Source: Eledone cirrhosa (Eukaryota). From it: a stretch of 64,000 bases of DNA. Of the stretch, positions 52,347-64,000 are shown piece after piece (position 1 is the first letter of the stretch; every line of letters starts with the position of its first letter). Location: the NCBI GenBank assembly GCA_964016885.1, contig OZ024740.1:90148001-90212000 (forward strand). Reading direction: 5' to 3'. A program made the position numbers and the translations under genes. The notes under the pieces were generated by a model, which searched no databases, was not told where the DNA came from, and saw only the letters and a program-made list of their open reading frames with translations.

Positions 52347-55300
52347 TGACAGTAACAAACTAGCCAATATACGAAGAAATATTGTAAGAAAAAAGTTACT
52401 AACTGATATAGAAATTGATCAGATCAAGCTATTAGCACAAAGTCAGCGAAGGGAAAATGAAACATGTGTCAGTGAAAACGAGGTAAACTGTAACACTTCG
52501 AATCCCAGGGTTGGGGCGGAATCACTGGCAACAGAAAAAATTAAAGAAAGGATCGAAAAAGTGGAAGGAGTGCATGCTCAGGATGAAACTCCAAATGAAA
52601 ATAATGAGATCGTAAATGATAAAGAAATGAATGAGAATGAACTTGCCAACTTGAAGGATGAAATTATGATCGAATGGATGAAAATGAAAGAATCTGACAT
52701 GGGGCAACGAGACACCCTCCTTAAGATCCAGAACTCCAAACAGAACCAAAAGATAATACACAAGACTAACATAATTCTCAAAAACATTATCATCACAAAC
52801 AAACTAAACATTACTGATTTAAATCATCTCTATTATACATCGGCTAAAGTCACCACTCACTTATGTGGAGTGAAGATGAAAAAACAAAGGAATCCAACAA
52901 GAAATCTACTTGGCAAGAGAACATCAATCGCCAAATAAACCTTCTCCGATCTTACATAGAAATTTTAACAAACTATAAAGTAGGTGAACATGTTAAACAA
53001 ACTAAACTTAGAAAATTGAAAAAAAGTACAGTATAAAATCAACATGTGACATAGACATGCTGATAGAAATAATCAAGCAAAAAGTGTCGGCCAAAGCTGC
53101 TCGTATAAGGCGCTTTGAAAAACGTCCTAGATTCTATAAGGACAATAATATGTTCAAAAACAACCAAAGAAACTTCTACAGAAAAATTGGTAAGTCAACA
53201 ATAACTGCTAAATCAATACCACCCAAGGAGGAAGTGCAAAAATTCTGGGAAAAGATCTGGGCCGAAGAAAAAGTTCATAACATACATGCCCCATGGATAG
53301 ACAGACAAATGAAAGATACAGTTCACCTTGAGGAACAAACCTGGGAAAATATTACAGTTGAACAGTTGCGCTTGGCTCTAAGAAAAACCAGCAAATGGAA
53401 ATCCCCAGGAAAAGACAAAATACAAAACTTTTGGATAAATGCCTTCACAGAGTCTCATGAGCTGTTAGCCCAACTTTACAATGAAATAGTTAAGGAGCCA
53501 GAAAAGATACCTTCATGGCTAGTTAACGGCATTACATTCCTGCTTCCGAAGAATGATGAGACAAACAATCCCAAAAATTACAGACCGATAACTTGCTTGA
53601 CCACAATGTATAAAATGTTAACATCAGTCCTAACTGAATACACATATGACCACCTGATAACAAATGACCTATTTCCCATTGAGCAGAAAGGGTGTAAACG
53701 AGGTTCATATGGCTGCAAGGATCAGCTTCTGATTAACAAAATGATACTGGAAAATTGTCATAATAGACACAAAAATTTATCGATTGCTTGGATAGATTAT
53801 AAAAAAGCATTCGATAGTTTGCCACACAGTTGGATTGAAAAATGTTTAGAGATTTTCAAAGTATCCCCCGTTGTCAGGAGGTTTTTGTCATTCAGTATGA
53901 AGACATGAAAAACGACACTCCTTTTGAATAGTGAAACAAAATCACTGGAAGCTGGAGAAGTTAATATTAATTGTGGAATTTTTCAGGGTGACTCTTTATC
54001 ACCGCTTTTATTCTGCATCGCACTTATACCATTAAGTACAATGCTCAATGAAACAAAACATGGATATAAAGTCTATGACAAAACCATTAATCACCTGTTC
54101 TACATGGATGACCTGAATCTATTTGCAAAAAATGATGAACAATTGCAAGGGCTATTATCCACTGTGAAGCAGTTCAGTGATGACATTAAAATAGAGTTTG
54201 GACTAGATAAATGCGCAAAGGCAACGTTTACCAGAGGAAAGCTGCTGAAGAGTTCAGACATTAATCTTGATCGGGGGAACGTGATAAGAGAACTTGATCA
54301 AGAAAAAACTTACAAATATCTAGGTGTTTGTGAAGGAGACGGCATCAAGCACTCGACAATGAGGGAATGGATAAGGAAGGAATGTTACCGCAGAGTAAGA
54401 GCAATCGGAATTGAATGCAAGGAATAGGATCGATGCCATAAACACGCTTGCCATACCAGTAGTAACCTACAGTTACAATGTCATCAACTGGTCAAGCACA
54501 GAGATCCGTAGGCTCGATACAAAAATTCGAAAATTCTTAACCATGCACAGAATGCATCACCCTAAGGCAGATATAGATAGAATATATCTCCCTAGGAAAG
54601 AAGGAGGACGTGGGTTAATCCAGTTAGACATTGCGTTGAAAACTGCGACAATTGGATTATCTACATATCTAAGGGAATCACATGATTGGAAGATCAAACT
54701 CGTTTTGAAACACGAAAGCATCAACAGATCCTATTCCTTTACAAAAGATGCACAAAGATACAGTAATGGACTACGCATTTCAGAAGTCCCATTTACTGCT
54801 GAAATGGAAAACACAGAAAAAGCAAAGCAGGTAAAAGTAACTGCAAAGAAAGAACTGCTACAGAAACTGGCTAAGAAATGGCAAGAAAAGCCTCTGTTTG
54901 GAAAATACCCAGAGCGAGCTAACAATCCTGATGTTGACAAAACTTTAACCCATCAGTGGTTGGCATCCTCTGGACTGAAATCGGACACTGAAGGACTGAT
55001 TATATCAGCACAAGATAAGTGTCTGCCAACAAAAAATTACCAAGCCAACATAATAAAAAATGGATGCAGCCCATTATGCCGTGTATGCAAAAAACAACCA
55101 GAGACCATTGACGATATAATTTCAATGTGCAGTCCTATAGCTCCAACCGAATACCTAAATAAGCATGACAGAGCTGCACAATACATACATTGGATAATGT
55201 GTAAGCATTTTGACCTGCCCCATCAAAAGAATTGGTGGGAGCATCAACCACCTCCCATACTTGAAAAAGATACCTCAATCCTGTGGAACTTTAGCATCCA

Positions 55301-55784
55301 AACAGACCGAAAAATATATGCAAATAGACCTGATATAATATTGAAGGAATTTAAAAAGAGGGTATGCCTGCTAATTGATATGTCTGTTCCAATAGACAAG
55401 AATGTATCTATAAAAACATTTGAAAAATTGAGCAAGTATAAGGACCTGGAGATAGAAATTGGAAAAATGTGGAAATTGAGAACTAAAACAATACCAGTGG
55501 TTGTAGGCGCTCTGGGAATGATACCTAAGGGGTCTAATGATTACTTATCGCAAATCCCAGGAAACCCGCGTATAGGAGAAATACAAAAGATAGTACTAAT
55601 GGGAACTGCCCATATACTAAGGAAGATTCTGTCAATATAAGTACATCACAAGTCTAAACACTAAAGATGCATGTGTGAGTGTGTATGTTCTTTCTTGAAC
55701 ATGGCGGCCTTTGTTGTCTCTTGAGGTCACTGGTTGTGACTTGGTGATAACTCGTATGAACATAAAGCAAGATAAATGCAACTG
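52347..55784 (+). mobile_element. Dong/R4-like RLE retrotransposon D2 (second family), 5'-truncated, few disruptions
   Basis: WKSPGKD, NYRPITCL, EQKGC, DYKKAFDS, GIFQGDSLSP, YMDDL, CRVC..ETIDDIISMC, NRPD..LIDMSVP..EKLSKY.DL. (TAA)n tail from 55785. Confidence 0.93.
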
Positions 55785-55815
55785 TAATAATAATAATAAT
55801 AATATTAATAATATT

Positions 55816-58800
55816 GATAAACAAGATTAATATTTAATTTTGGATCAGGAATGTTGGAGTCGAAAATGGCAAAATGACTAAACGACTACAGATTATTATT
55901 TCACCACCAATACCACCACCACTGCCACGATGAAAACTCTGGTCGAATCGACTCAAACTTCTACCCCGACTACAACACCATCACTACAGTAATACGACCA
56001 CATCACCACCACTACTAAACGACTATAGATTATTATTTCACCACCAATAACACCACCACTACCACGATGAAAACTTGGTCAAATCGACTCTAACTTATAC
56101 CCCAACTACAACACCATCACTACTGTAATACGATCACATCACCACCACCACTGCCTCAGTATCGCTACCGCTGCTATATTCTCTCCCACTGCCTCCTACT
56201 AGTTGCTGCTAGCACAGCACCACCACCACATTGTAGAATTCCTACTAAAAGAGGACACCATCACTACAGTAATACTACCACATCACCACCACCACTGCCT
56301 CAGTCTCGCTACCGCCGCTATTCTCTCCCATTGCCTCCTGCTAGTTGCTGCTAGCACAGCACCGCCACCACATTGTAGAATTCCTACTAAAAAAGAGGAA
56401 GACATCAAAATATATAGATAGACTCAAAAGGAAAAAACAAAAATCAAAATCAAAGCAGCACAGCAACAACAACAAATAAACAGACAAAAAAGAAAACGCC
56501 CAAAAAAACCGTAAAGAAAATAAGAATGGAGAGAGAAACAAACGGACGGACAGAGAAGGGAAGGGAAAAACTAAGTCAGACATTCGAACACTACATTACA
56601 ATGAAACTTATGCTTATTCATTTTTGGGGGGTTTTCTGCCTGTTTGTTTGTTTGTTTATTTGTGTTCGTCTACAGCGTGATAATCCCACACAAGAGCCAC
56701 GTGGAGCGACGCAACCACCGGAGACGGTGAATCCACAGGTGGTTATGTAACCATACATTCGCCAATCCTCGATAAGTGTGTTTAAATGTCGAACCTAAAC
56801 AGTTCGAATAACGGTGAAATTGAGACTAGAACGTCATGTGACAGACTCTCACCCAACAGGTGCTCCCTGCCTCAGCAGCAGGGACATGGCTGTCAACCAA
56901 ATACTGCTGGTGTCGGAGGAAGAAGAAGGAAAGGGACCAAAACCAACTGGACGAAAGAATTGAATAGAACTGTTATGCAATGTTACCTGAAAAGTAACCC
57001 CAAGGAGAGGGGCTATAGGAGACGGATACATGACATCTGGAACGAGATTGGTCTATTTAAATTAGATGAACAAATATTGGCCGGGCAGGCTCGGGTAATA
57101 AGAACTAATGGGTGGATAAGCGAGCTGGAACTGGAGGAACTGAGTAGAGAGATTAGCTTGGAGATGGAGGGTGGAGTATGCCAGGCAAACGAGCCAGTGG
57201 GAAATGAAGGTGAAGAGGTCGAGAGAACGGAGGAACCACCCGAAGCAAACAATGATCTGAATACTGAGATAAATAATACCTGGAACAGAGATACGGACAA
57301 CTGAGGAGATGAATGCTGACGGGCTAGGACAAGACTTGGTTGACAACCTAAATTTAGTGGTAGATGAATTGAACAATGATAGTGGGAAACCTATGAACCT
57401 AAGATTTGTAGACAGGAAAAAGTTAAAAGAAACAACAGCTAAGGTAAACAAAGTCATCCCATACCTTGAGGCGAGGAGCCTTCACCAGTGCAACAATATC
57501 CTCAAAGCAACAGCAAATACGGTTGGGAAACTACTTGGTATAAAAGCGAGGGGAAACAACACACAAGAAAGAGCAGAGCCTTGGTGGAAGAAACGACTGA
57601 GTGGTCAAATCAGGGAAATGAGAAATGACATTGGAAAGCTTGAGTCACTACTGAATGGGACGCTAAAAAACATAGACACTAAAAATAGACTGGAAATAAA
57701 GAACAAAACTAGGAGGAAAAAGATAAATATTATCATAGAGGAACTGAAGCAACGCATTGTAGCAAAGTGTGCAAAAATCAGGCGATACGAGAACAGAGTC
57801 AGTCAGTATAAACAGAACCGCATGTTCGACAACAACCAGAAGATTATGTTTGGACAGCTTGAGGGGAAAGAAAGAGGCAACGACTTGATCCCTGGGGCAG
57901 AACAAACTAAAACATTCTGGAGAGGAATATGGGAGCAGGATGTTAGACATAATGACCAGGCAGTGTGAATTGAGACAGTACAGAAGGAGATCGGTGAACA
58001 GGCACACCAACAAACTGATTTGAGTATCACAGTTGAAACCCTGAAGGGGCAGGCCAAAAAACTAACCAACTGGAAATCACCAGGCCCAGAAGGTGTGCAG
58101 GGGTATTGGATTAAAAATATAACATCCTCCACCCGAAACTGACAGCCATGTTCAATGACTGCTTGATGTCAGGTGAGGTACCAGAGTGGTTGACAAAAGG
58201 TACCATAGTTCTGGTATTGAAGGACCGAATCAAGGGTAATGATGTTACCAACTATAGACCTATCACATGTCTGTCCGTAATATGGAAAGTGTTGACAAGC
58301 ATTATGTCTGAGGAAATCTACCATCACCTCCACACAAACAACTTGTTACCGGACGAACAGAAATGATGCCGAAAGAAGTCCCGTGGTACAATGTACTAGT
58401 CTCTTATCGATAAGATGGTAATGAGGAATTGCAAGAAGAGACACACTGTTCTTGCCATGGGATGGATAGACTACAAAAAAGCATCAGACAGTTGCTGGGC
58501 AGAAGTATGAGGTCCTGGAAAACAGAGTTGACATCAACTGGAGAATCCTTGGGAAGCGTGAAGATCAAGAGAGGTATCTTCCAGGGAGATAGCCTGTCCC
58601 CTCTGTTGTTTGTCCTTGCCCTGATGCCCCTGACCAGTGTACTGCGAAAAGTGAGAGAAGGATACAGGTTGGGAAAGGGAGGGCTTACCATCAATCACCT
58701 CCTCTTCATGGACGATCTTAAACTCTTCGGGAAGAGTGAAAAGGAGTTGGATGTGCTTGTTGACACTGTCCGTATTTTCAGCAGTGATATATATCGGCAG

Positions 58801-60203
58801 TTTGGTATGAGTAGCTGTGGAGTCATTGTGATGAGGAGGGGTAGGTTGAGCAGAAGTAACGGAATCCAGATACCAACAGGTGAGATGATAAAGTAAATTG
58901 ACTCTGAGGAAGGATACAAGTATTTGGGCGTTCTGGAGGCTGATGGCATAAAAAAACAAAAAAATGAAGGAATTGTTAAGAACTGAATAGATTCGGAGAG
59001 TAAGGAGCGTATTGAAGTCACATCTGAACAGCAGAAATGCCATAAGCGCAGTAAATTCCCGAGCTGTGTCTATTATTAGGTACAGTGCGGGAATTCTGAG
59101 ATGGAATGTTGCTGAACAAAAAGAAATGGATAGGAAGACTAGGAAGCTATTGACTACCTGCAACATGTTCCACAAGAGGAGTGATGTTGATAGACTCTAC
59201 TTAAGGAGATCTGAGGGTGGAAGAGGTCTTATCAACATAGAGGACTGAAACAACCTACACAAATACGTGACTGATAGTAAGGAACCAATGCTCAGAACTG
59301 TACTGAAGGAGGGGACAATAGGCCAGGGGATGTCCAAGGAGGAAATAACATCAAGGAGAAAGAGCAGCCTTCAGCAAAAATCCTTTCATAGTACCTTCTT
59401 TGAGAACACTGAATTCACAGATCCACAGACATGGAACTGGTTGAGAAGAGGAGACCTTAAAAAGGCTACAGAAGGAATGCTAATGGCTGCACAGGAGCAG
59501 GCCCTCAAAACAAAGTGGTTGAAACACCATATTTACAAGGAGGAGGCTAGCACACTATACAGGATCTGTGGAGAGAGAGAGGAGACTGTGGCTCACATTG
59601 TATCCGACTGTAAACACCTAGCCCAGACCCACTATAAGGGCTGGAGACATGATGTGATGGGCATGGTGATCCACTGGCACCTGTGCAAAGTAAACAATTT
59701 ACCACATTCTGAGAAATGGTATGAGCATAAGCCAGAGGCGGTGATAGAGAACAATCAGGTGAAGGTGCTGTGGGATTTTAGAATACAGACGGACAAGAAA
59801 CTGGAACACAATAGACCTGACCTGGTGGTTGTGGACAAAGAAAAAAGATCCTGTCTGATTGTGGATGTGGCCTGCCCATTCGACACGAGAGTGCAAGAGA
59901 AGGAGAGGGAGAAAATTAACCGATACCAGGACTTAAAGTGGGAGATAAAAAGGATTTGGAACTGCCATGAAGTCAAAGTGATCCCGATTGTCATAGGCGC
60001 ACTGAGGACTATCTCCAAAAGTTTCCAGGGATGGTTAAAGATAATCGGCCCCTTCACGCTTTTTGGAACGCTTCAAAAGGCATGCTTGCTGGGAACAGCA
60101 AGAACCTTCCGATACGTCCTGAATATCTGAGGCTGCAGGTAGTGGCTTGATATTCATTCCAACGGACTTTCCAGTTAACTAACATCAATGACTGAGACTC
60201 AAG

Positions 60204-60204
<1 letters not shown>
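55816..60204 (+). mobile_element. Dong/R4-like RLE retrotransposon D3, near full length (same family as D1), decayed ORF 56786-60130
   Basis: N-terminal WTKELNRTVMQCY..RGYRRR, EPWWKKRL, RT motifs, zinc knuckle and PD..D..K RLE. 3'UTR almost identical to D1. (AAT)n tail at 60205-60237. The 5' boundary is uncertain. Confidence 0.9.
55876..56400 (+). repeat. Complex tandem repeat (overlapping ~140-bp units, CAC/CTA-rich) upstream of the D3 ORF
   Basis: actaaacgacta.agattattatttcaccaccaata occurs twice; caccatcactac.gtaatac occurs three times. Confidence 0.8.
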
Positions 60205-60237
<33 letters not shown>

Positions 60238-60238
<1 letters not shown>

Positions 60239-60843
60239 TTTTCTATATTAACCACAAGGGTTTACATAAAGTAGACATTAAGACAGTACAGGAAAATACA
60301 GGACGGTACAAATGGGCATTTCTGCGTGTAAAAAAAAACAGAGGATGTAATAAAATAAGAAAGAAAAATTCCCCAATAGGGGGGGGGGGGACTTCCGAGG
60401 GACATTTGTGGAGAGCCCATTAAAAGACCACAGTGACCCTGACCACCACGGCAAGTGCCCTCTCCCAGTTGTCCACCTTTAATTTACAGACACATACTCA
60501 GAGTAGGCCCATTCACTCGTGCCATACTTGCTTCTCTCACCCATCTTTCAACAAAATGCTGGGAAGAGAGCTCTTCCATCTCTACCCTGATTTTCCTTTT
60601 AAAATGAAATTTGAAAAAGTTAATCAGGGCATCACCGAAGAGTTAAGTGCTCGTCTCCAGCCCTTTCAAACGTGTCCACCAAACTATCTCTTTCGCCATG
60701 GCCACCAGACAGATAAAAACTGCCTGCCCTTCCCGGCTAAAGGAAGGGGGCGGGGCAATCCTCCCGATGGACTCAGATGATAGCCGGATCCGTCCTACAC
60801 GCGACAGCAGGTGTTCGACATAAACCCACAAGTCAGCAATGTT

Positions 60844-60846
<3 letters not shown>
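60238..60846 (-). mobile_element. Tx1-like LINE T8 (type A-like), severely 5'-truncated (~0.6 kb)
   Basis: ORF2 C-terminus and 3'UTR only, flanked by (AAT)11 and (AAT)25. Confidence 0.92.
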
Positions 60847-60921
<75 letters not shown>

Positions 60922-60923
<2 letters not shown>

Positions 60924-63900
60924 TTTCTTTATTAACCACAAGGGTTTACATAAAGTAGACATTAAGGACAGTGCAGGACAATGCAGGACGGTACAAATGG
61001 GCATTTCTGCGTGTAAAAAAAACAAAAATAGAGGATGTAACAAAAATAACAATGAAAATAACAATGAAAAATTCCCCAATAGGGGGGAGACTTCGGAGGG
61101 ACATTTGTGGAGAAAGCCCAGTAAAAAGCCACAATGACCCTGACCACCAAGGCAAGTGCCCTCTCCCAGTTTTCCACCTTTAGTTTACAGATATATACTC
61201 AGAGTCGGCCCATTCACTCGGGCCATTCTTGCTTCTCTCACCCATCTTTCAACAAAATGCTGGGAAGAGAGCACTTCCTTCTCTACTCTGATTTTCCTTT
61301 TCAAATGAAATTTGAAAAAGTCAATCAGAGCATCACCGAAGAGGTAAGTGCTCGTCTTCAGCCCTTTCAAACGTGTCCACCATACTATCTCTTTCGCCAT
61401 GGCCACCAGACAGATAAAAACTGCCTGCCCTTCCCGGCTAAAGGAGGAGGGCGGGGCAATCCTCACGATAGACTCAGATGATAGCTGGATCCGTCCTAAA
61501 CGCGACAGCAGGTGTTCGACATAAACCCACAAGTCAGCAATTTTCGGACACTGGACGAGTGCGTGCAGGACGGTTTCGTCGCCCTGCGCGCATCTCGGAC
61601 ATGCCCGGCTGACGGCACCTCCATGCCTGTAGAGTTTATCCCGAACTGGCAAGGCTCCTCGGTAGCACTGCCAGGCCAGAGATTTCTGGAAGTTGTCCAT
61701 AGGCCCTGGCCCGAAGGTTCTTCCGAAGAGATTGGCTAGTTGATTTTCGTCGACGCCTAGAGTTTCCCCAAGTACGTCGTCGCTCTTCCCCTCCACTAAT
61801 CCTCTATAGAACGCCGAGGTGGAGTTTCCACCGATCACATTGCCCGATTGGTCGAGGGCTGTGAGCGCCTGAAGACATTCCAGTCTCCAGGCGCTCCCTC
61901 TCGGTCTTCGCTTGACCCAGGACTGCAGCTCCGTCAAGGAAACGAGCTGGGGAAAAACGCGTCTAGCAAACGGCGACCACACCTGATCACCGTCGAGGAA
62001 GAGGTGGAGATGTCGTAGCCTGAGCGCGTGCCTGCGCATCATCAGCCACGGCATGCCCAGCCCTCCACGTAGCGGGTGTTGACAACAGATGGACCGCCTG
62101 ACCATCGGAGCACGTCCCTTCCACAAAAAGCGAAAGAGCAAACGCTCCAGCGCAGTCAGGCGAGGCTTAGGACAAGGTACGACGGTTAGGCGGTAGCAGA
62201 TGACAGACGCGATGTACGCGTTAGCCACCTCCGCTCGACCTTTCAGGGATAGCTTCCTCTCCGCCCATTTCTGGGTGAGAGAAGCCACCCTGCTCGTCAC
62301 CTCGTCCCAGTTTTTGTCCGTCTGGAGGTCCGGACCGAACCAGACCCCTAGCAATTTAACCGGTCCGTCCGTCCAGCGCCCGACGACGCTGTTGGACGGC
62401 ATGGACCTGCCTCTCCAGGTGCCGAGCTGCAGGCCCACTGACTTTTCCTGGTTGATCATTGCTCCTGTCACCGCTTCGTATTCTCTTAGTGTAGTGCCGA
62501 TCGCCTCGATGTGTTTGGCGTTCGACACCACTACGGTGACATCGTCCGCATATGCTGACACGGATCTTCCGCATCCTAGTTCGCGCGGGACTCCCCTCAA
62601 CGTCTCCAGTTTGTGCAGTAATGGCTCGAGAGTCAATACGTACAAGAGGGACGAGAGGGGACATCCTTGGCGGACCGAGCGCATGATGTTGAACGGTTCC
62701 GACAGGTGACCGTTCACTCTCACCACAGAGCAGATGTCGCTGTGCATGGCAGCGATCCAGCCTCTGAAGACGGGCCCAAAGCCAGCCGCCCTCAGGACTG
62801 CCGCTAGGTAACGATGGTCGACCCTATCGAAAGCTTTCGACTGATCTAAATTGATCAAGGACCCACCCGTGCCAGGTTCCCTAGCTACCCTCTCTACGAT
62901 GTATCGCATGAGGTGGAGGTTGTCGTGGATGGATCTGTCGGGAATGGCGCATGTCTGCGCCTCTCCCACCAGACCACCAACGACAAGCGCCAACCTCTTT
63001 GCTAGCACCTTGGCCAAAATCTTAAACTCTGTGTTTAGCAGAGTTATGGGCCGGAAATTGTCTATGTTATCCCCCTTGTTCGGATCCTTTCTCAGCAGTG
63101 CCACCGCTCCTCGGCTCACAGAACTGGGAATTCTCCCGTTCTGTTGCCAGTTGCAGTAGACGTCCGCCAAGAGGCCTCCGAACAAGTCTGGCATCTGTAC
63201 GTAAAGTTCATAGGGCAGACCATCCAAACCAGGCGATTTACCCCTTGTGCAGCCAGTCATTGCCTCCCGTACTTCAGCGGCTGTTATCGGCTTTTCGCAA
63301 CACCTCGCCTCAGTGGCCGAGAGCCGCGGCAGCCCGTCGAGGTAGACACTAAAGTCCATCCCTCTACCCGGCCCCCCGCTGCCCCCGAACAGCTGAGCGA
63401 AGTGTCGCTGAAAAGTTTCACACATTTGCCCGGGATCGAGTAGCATGCGCCCGTCGTGGTCCACCAAAGACCGGATCGTGGCTTTGTTGCCACGACGCGC
63501 CTCCGCCACTCGGGCCCATTGAACGGCTTTCGTCCCCTCGTGTCTGAGAGCACGCACCCTAGCTCTGACAACGCAGCCTTCGTGCTTTGCATTGAAGAAT
63601 TGGTCAAGGGCCAATTTCGCCGCAAGCACGTCGGTTGCAATGCCTTTGCTAAGCGCCTCGTCTAATTTTCTAACTAGTTCTCCCTCTGCTCTATTTTTCT
63701 CTATTGCTAAAGCCTTACTAAACCTAATCGATTCTATTCTAATCGCTCTTTTCAGAGCAAACCACCACTTGTTGTTGACGATGGCCCCCGTCAACGCCCG
63801 CTTAACTAGTTCGCTAATCCGGTCTCTGTAGGCCTTGCGCGCTGGTAAGGACGCGTTTAGCTTCCAGTAGCCGGGTCCTCGTCTATGAAGCCTATCTAAG

Positions 63901-64000
63901 TCAAGCACACAGGTCACGAATTTGTGGTCCGTGTAGCTGACTATCTTGAATTGTGGACAGCCTATGCTAGACCTATCTATTTCCCTACAAAATACTCTAT
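60922..64000 (-). mobile_element. Tx1-like LINE T9 (type A), young, extends past the window end
   Basis: Nearly identical to T6 3'UTR and ORF2. Confidence 0.95.
61185..64000 (-). CDS. ORF2p of T9 (RT and zinc finger; APE N-terminus outside the window), uninterrupted
   Basis: Open frame of at least 910 aa, differing from T6 ORF2 at only a handful of residues. Confidence 0.93.
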   Translation of the reverse strand, partial: RVFCREIDRSSIGCPQFKIVSYTDHKFVTCVLDLDRLHRRGPGYWKLNASLPARKAYRDRISELVKRALTGAIVNNKWWFALKRAIRIESIRFSKALAIEKNRAEGELVRKLDEALSKGIATDVLAAKLALDQFFNAKHEGCVVRARVRALRHEGTKAVQWARVAEARRGNKATIRSLVDHDGRMLLDPGQMCETFQRHFAQLFGGSGGPGRGMDFSVYLDGLPRLSATEARCCEKPITAAEVREAMTGCTRGKSPGLDGLPYELYVQMPDLFGGLLADVYCNWQQNGRIPSSVSRGAVALLRKDPNKGDNIDNFRPITLLNTEFKILAKVLAKRLALVVGGLVGEAQTCAIPDRSIHDNLHLMRYIVERVAREPGTGGSLINLDQSKAFDRVDHRYLAAVLRAAGFGPVFRGWIAAMHSDICSVVRVNGHLSEPFNIMRSVRQGCPLSSLLYVLTLEPLLHKLETLRGVPRELGCGRSVSAYADDVTVVVSNAKHIEAIGTTLREYEAVTGAMINQEKSVGLQLGTWRGRSMPSNSVVGRWTDGPVKLLGVWFGPDLQTDKNWDEVTSRVASLTQKWAERKLSLKGRAEVANAYIASVICYRLTVVPCPKPRLTALERLLFRFLWKGRAPMVRRSICCQHPLRGGLGMPWLMMRRHALRLRHLHLFLDGDQVWSPFARRVFPQLVSLTELQSWVKRRPRGSAWRLECLQALTALDQSGNVIGGNSTSAFYRGLVEGKSDDVLGETLGVDENQLANLFGRTFGPGPMDNFQKSLAWQCYRGALPVRDKLYRHGGAVSRACPRCAQGDETVLHALVQCPKIADLWVYVEHLLSRLGRIQLSSESIVRIAPPSSFSREGQAVFICLVAMAKEIVWWTRLKGLKTSTYLFGDALIDFFKFHLKRKIRVEKEVLSSQHFVERWVREARMARVNGPTLSIYL

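Noticed and set aside
60946-61177. Hydrophobic, transmembrane-like ORF in the Tx1 3'UTR (possible ORF3 or spliced exon)
   Set aside because: The frame is not preserved among copies (stop in T6, indels elsewhere), and T-rich UTR sequence yields F/I/V codons by composition.
40836-63831. Recurrent plus-strand ORFs overlapping Tx1 ORF1 and ORF2
   Set aside because: Antisense shadows of GC-rich coding sequence. They recur only because the element is repeated.
21930-64000. Telomeric retrotransposon array (HeT-A/TART or TRAS/SART-like)
   Set aside because: No TTAGGG or TTAGG repeats and no evidence of a chromosome end in the window. The opposite-orientation logic resembles TRAS/SART, but the target is AAT.

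Overview
Eukaryotic, AT- and microsatellite-rich animal DNA with no recognisable host gene. The SINEs resemble those I recall from octopus/coleoid cephalopods, which is an inference. The left 22 kb holds scattered, mostly decayed transposons: a Dong/R4-like fragment, SINEs, a dead autonomous Helitron plus non-autonomous Helitrons, a CRE-like fragment, a DD37D (maT) Tc1/mariner, an old APE-LINE and a MITE. From about 21.9 kb to the window end the DNA is an almost continuous array of 12 non-LTR retrotransposons from two unrelated clades. Nine are L1/Tx1-like (APE-RT, at least three ORF1/5'UTR types) and three are Dong/R4-like (RT-CCHC-RLE). Ten of the 11 junctions are (AAT)n tracts and the strand rule is strict: Tx1 sense always reads (ATT)n and Dong sense reads (AAT)n. 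The best candidate system is this shared, self-renewing microsatellite landing pad. A second candidate is a conserved GGTAAGTG splice-donor motif at the Tx1 ORF1 stop, where removal of a 52-53 nt intron would fuse ORF1 to ORF2 in frame.
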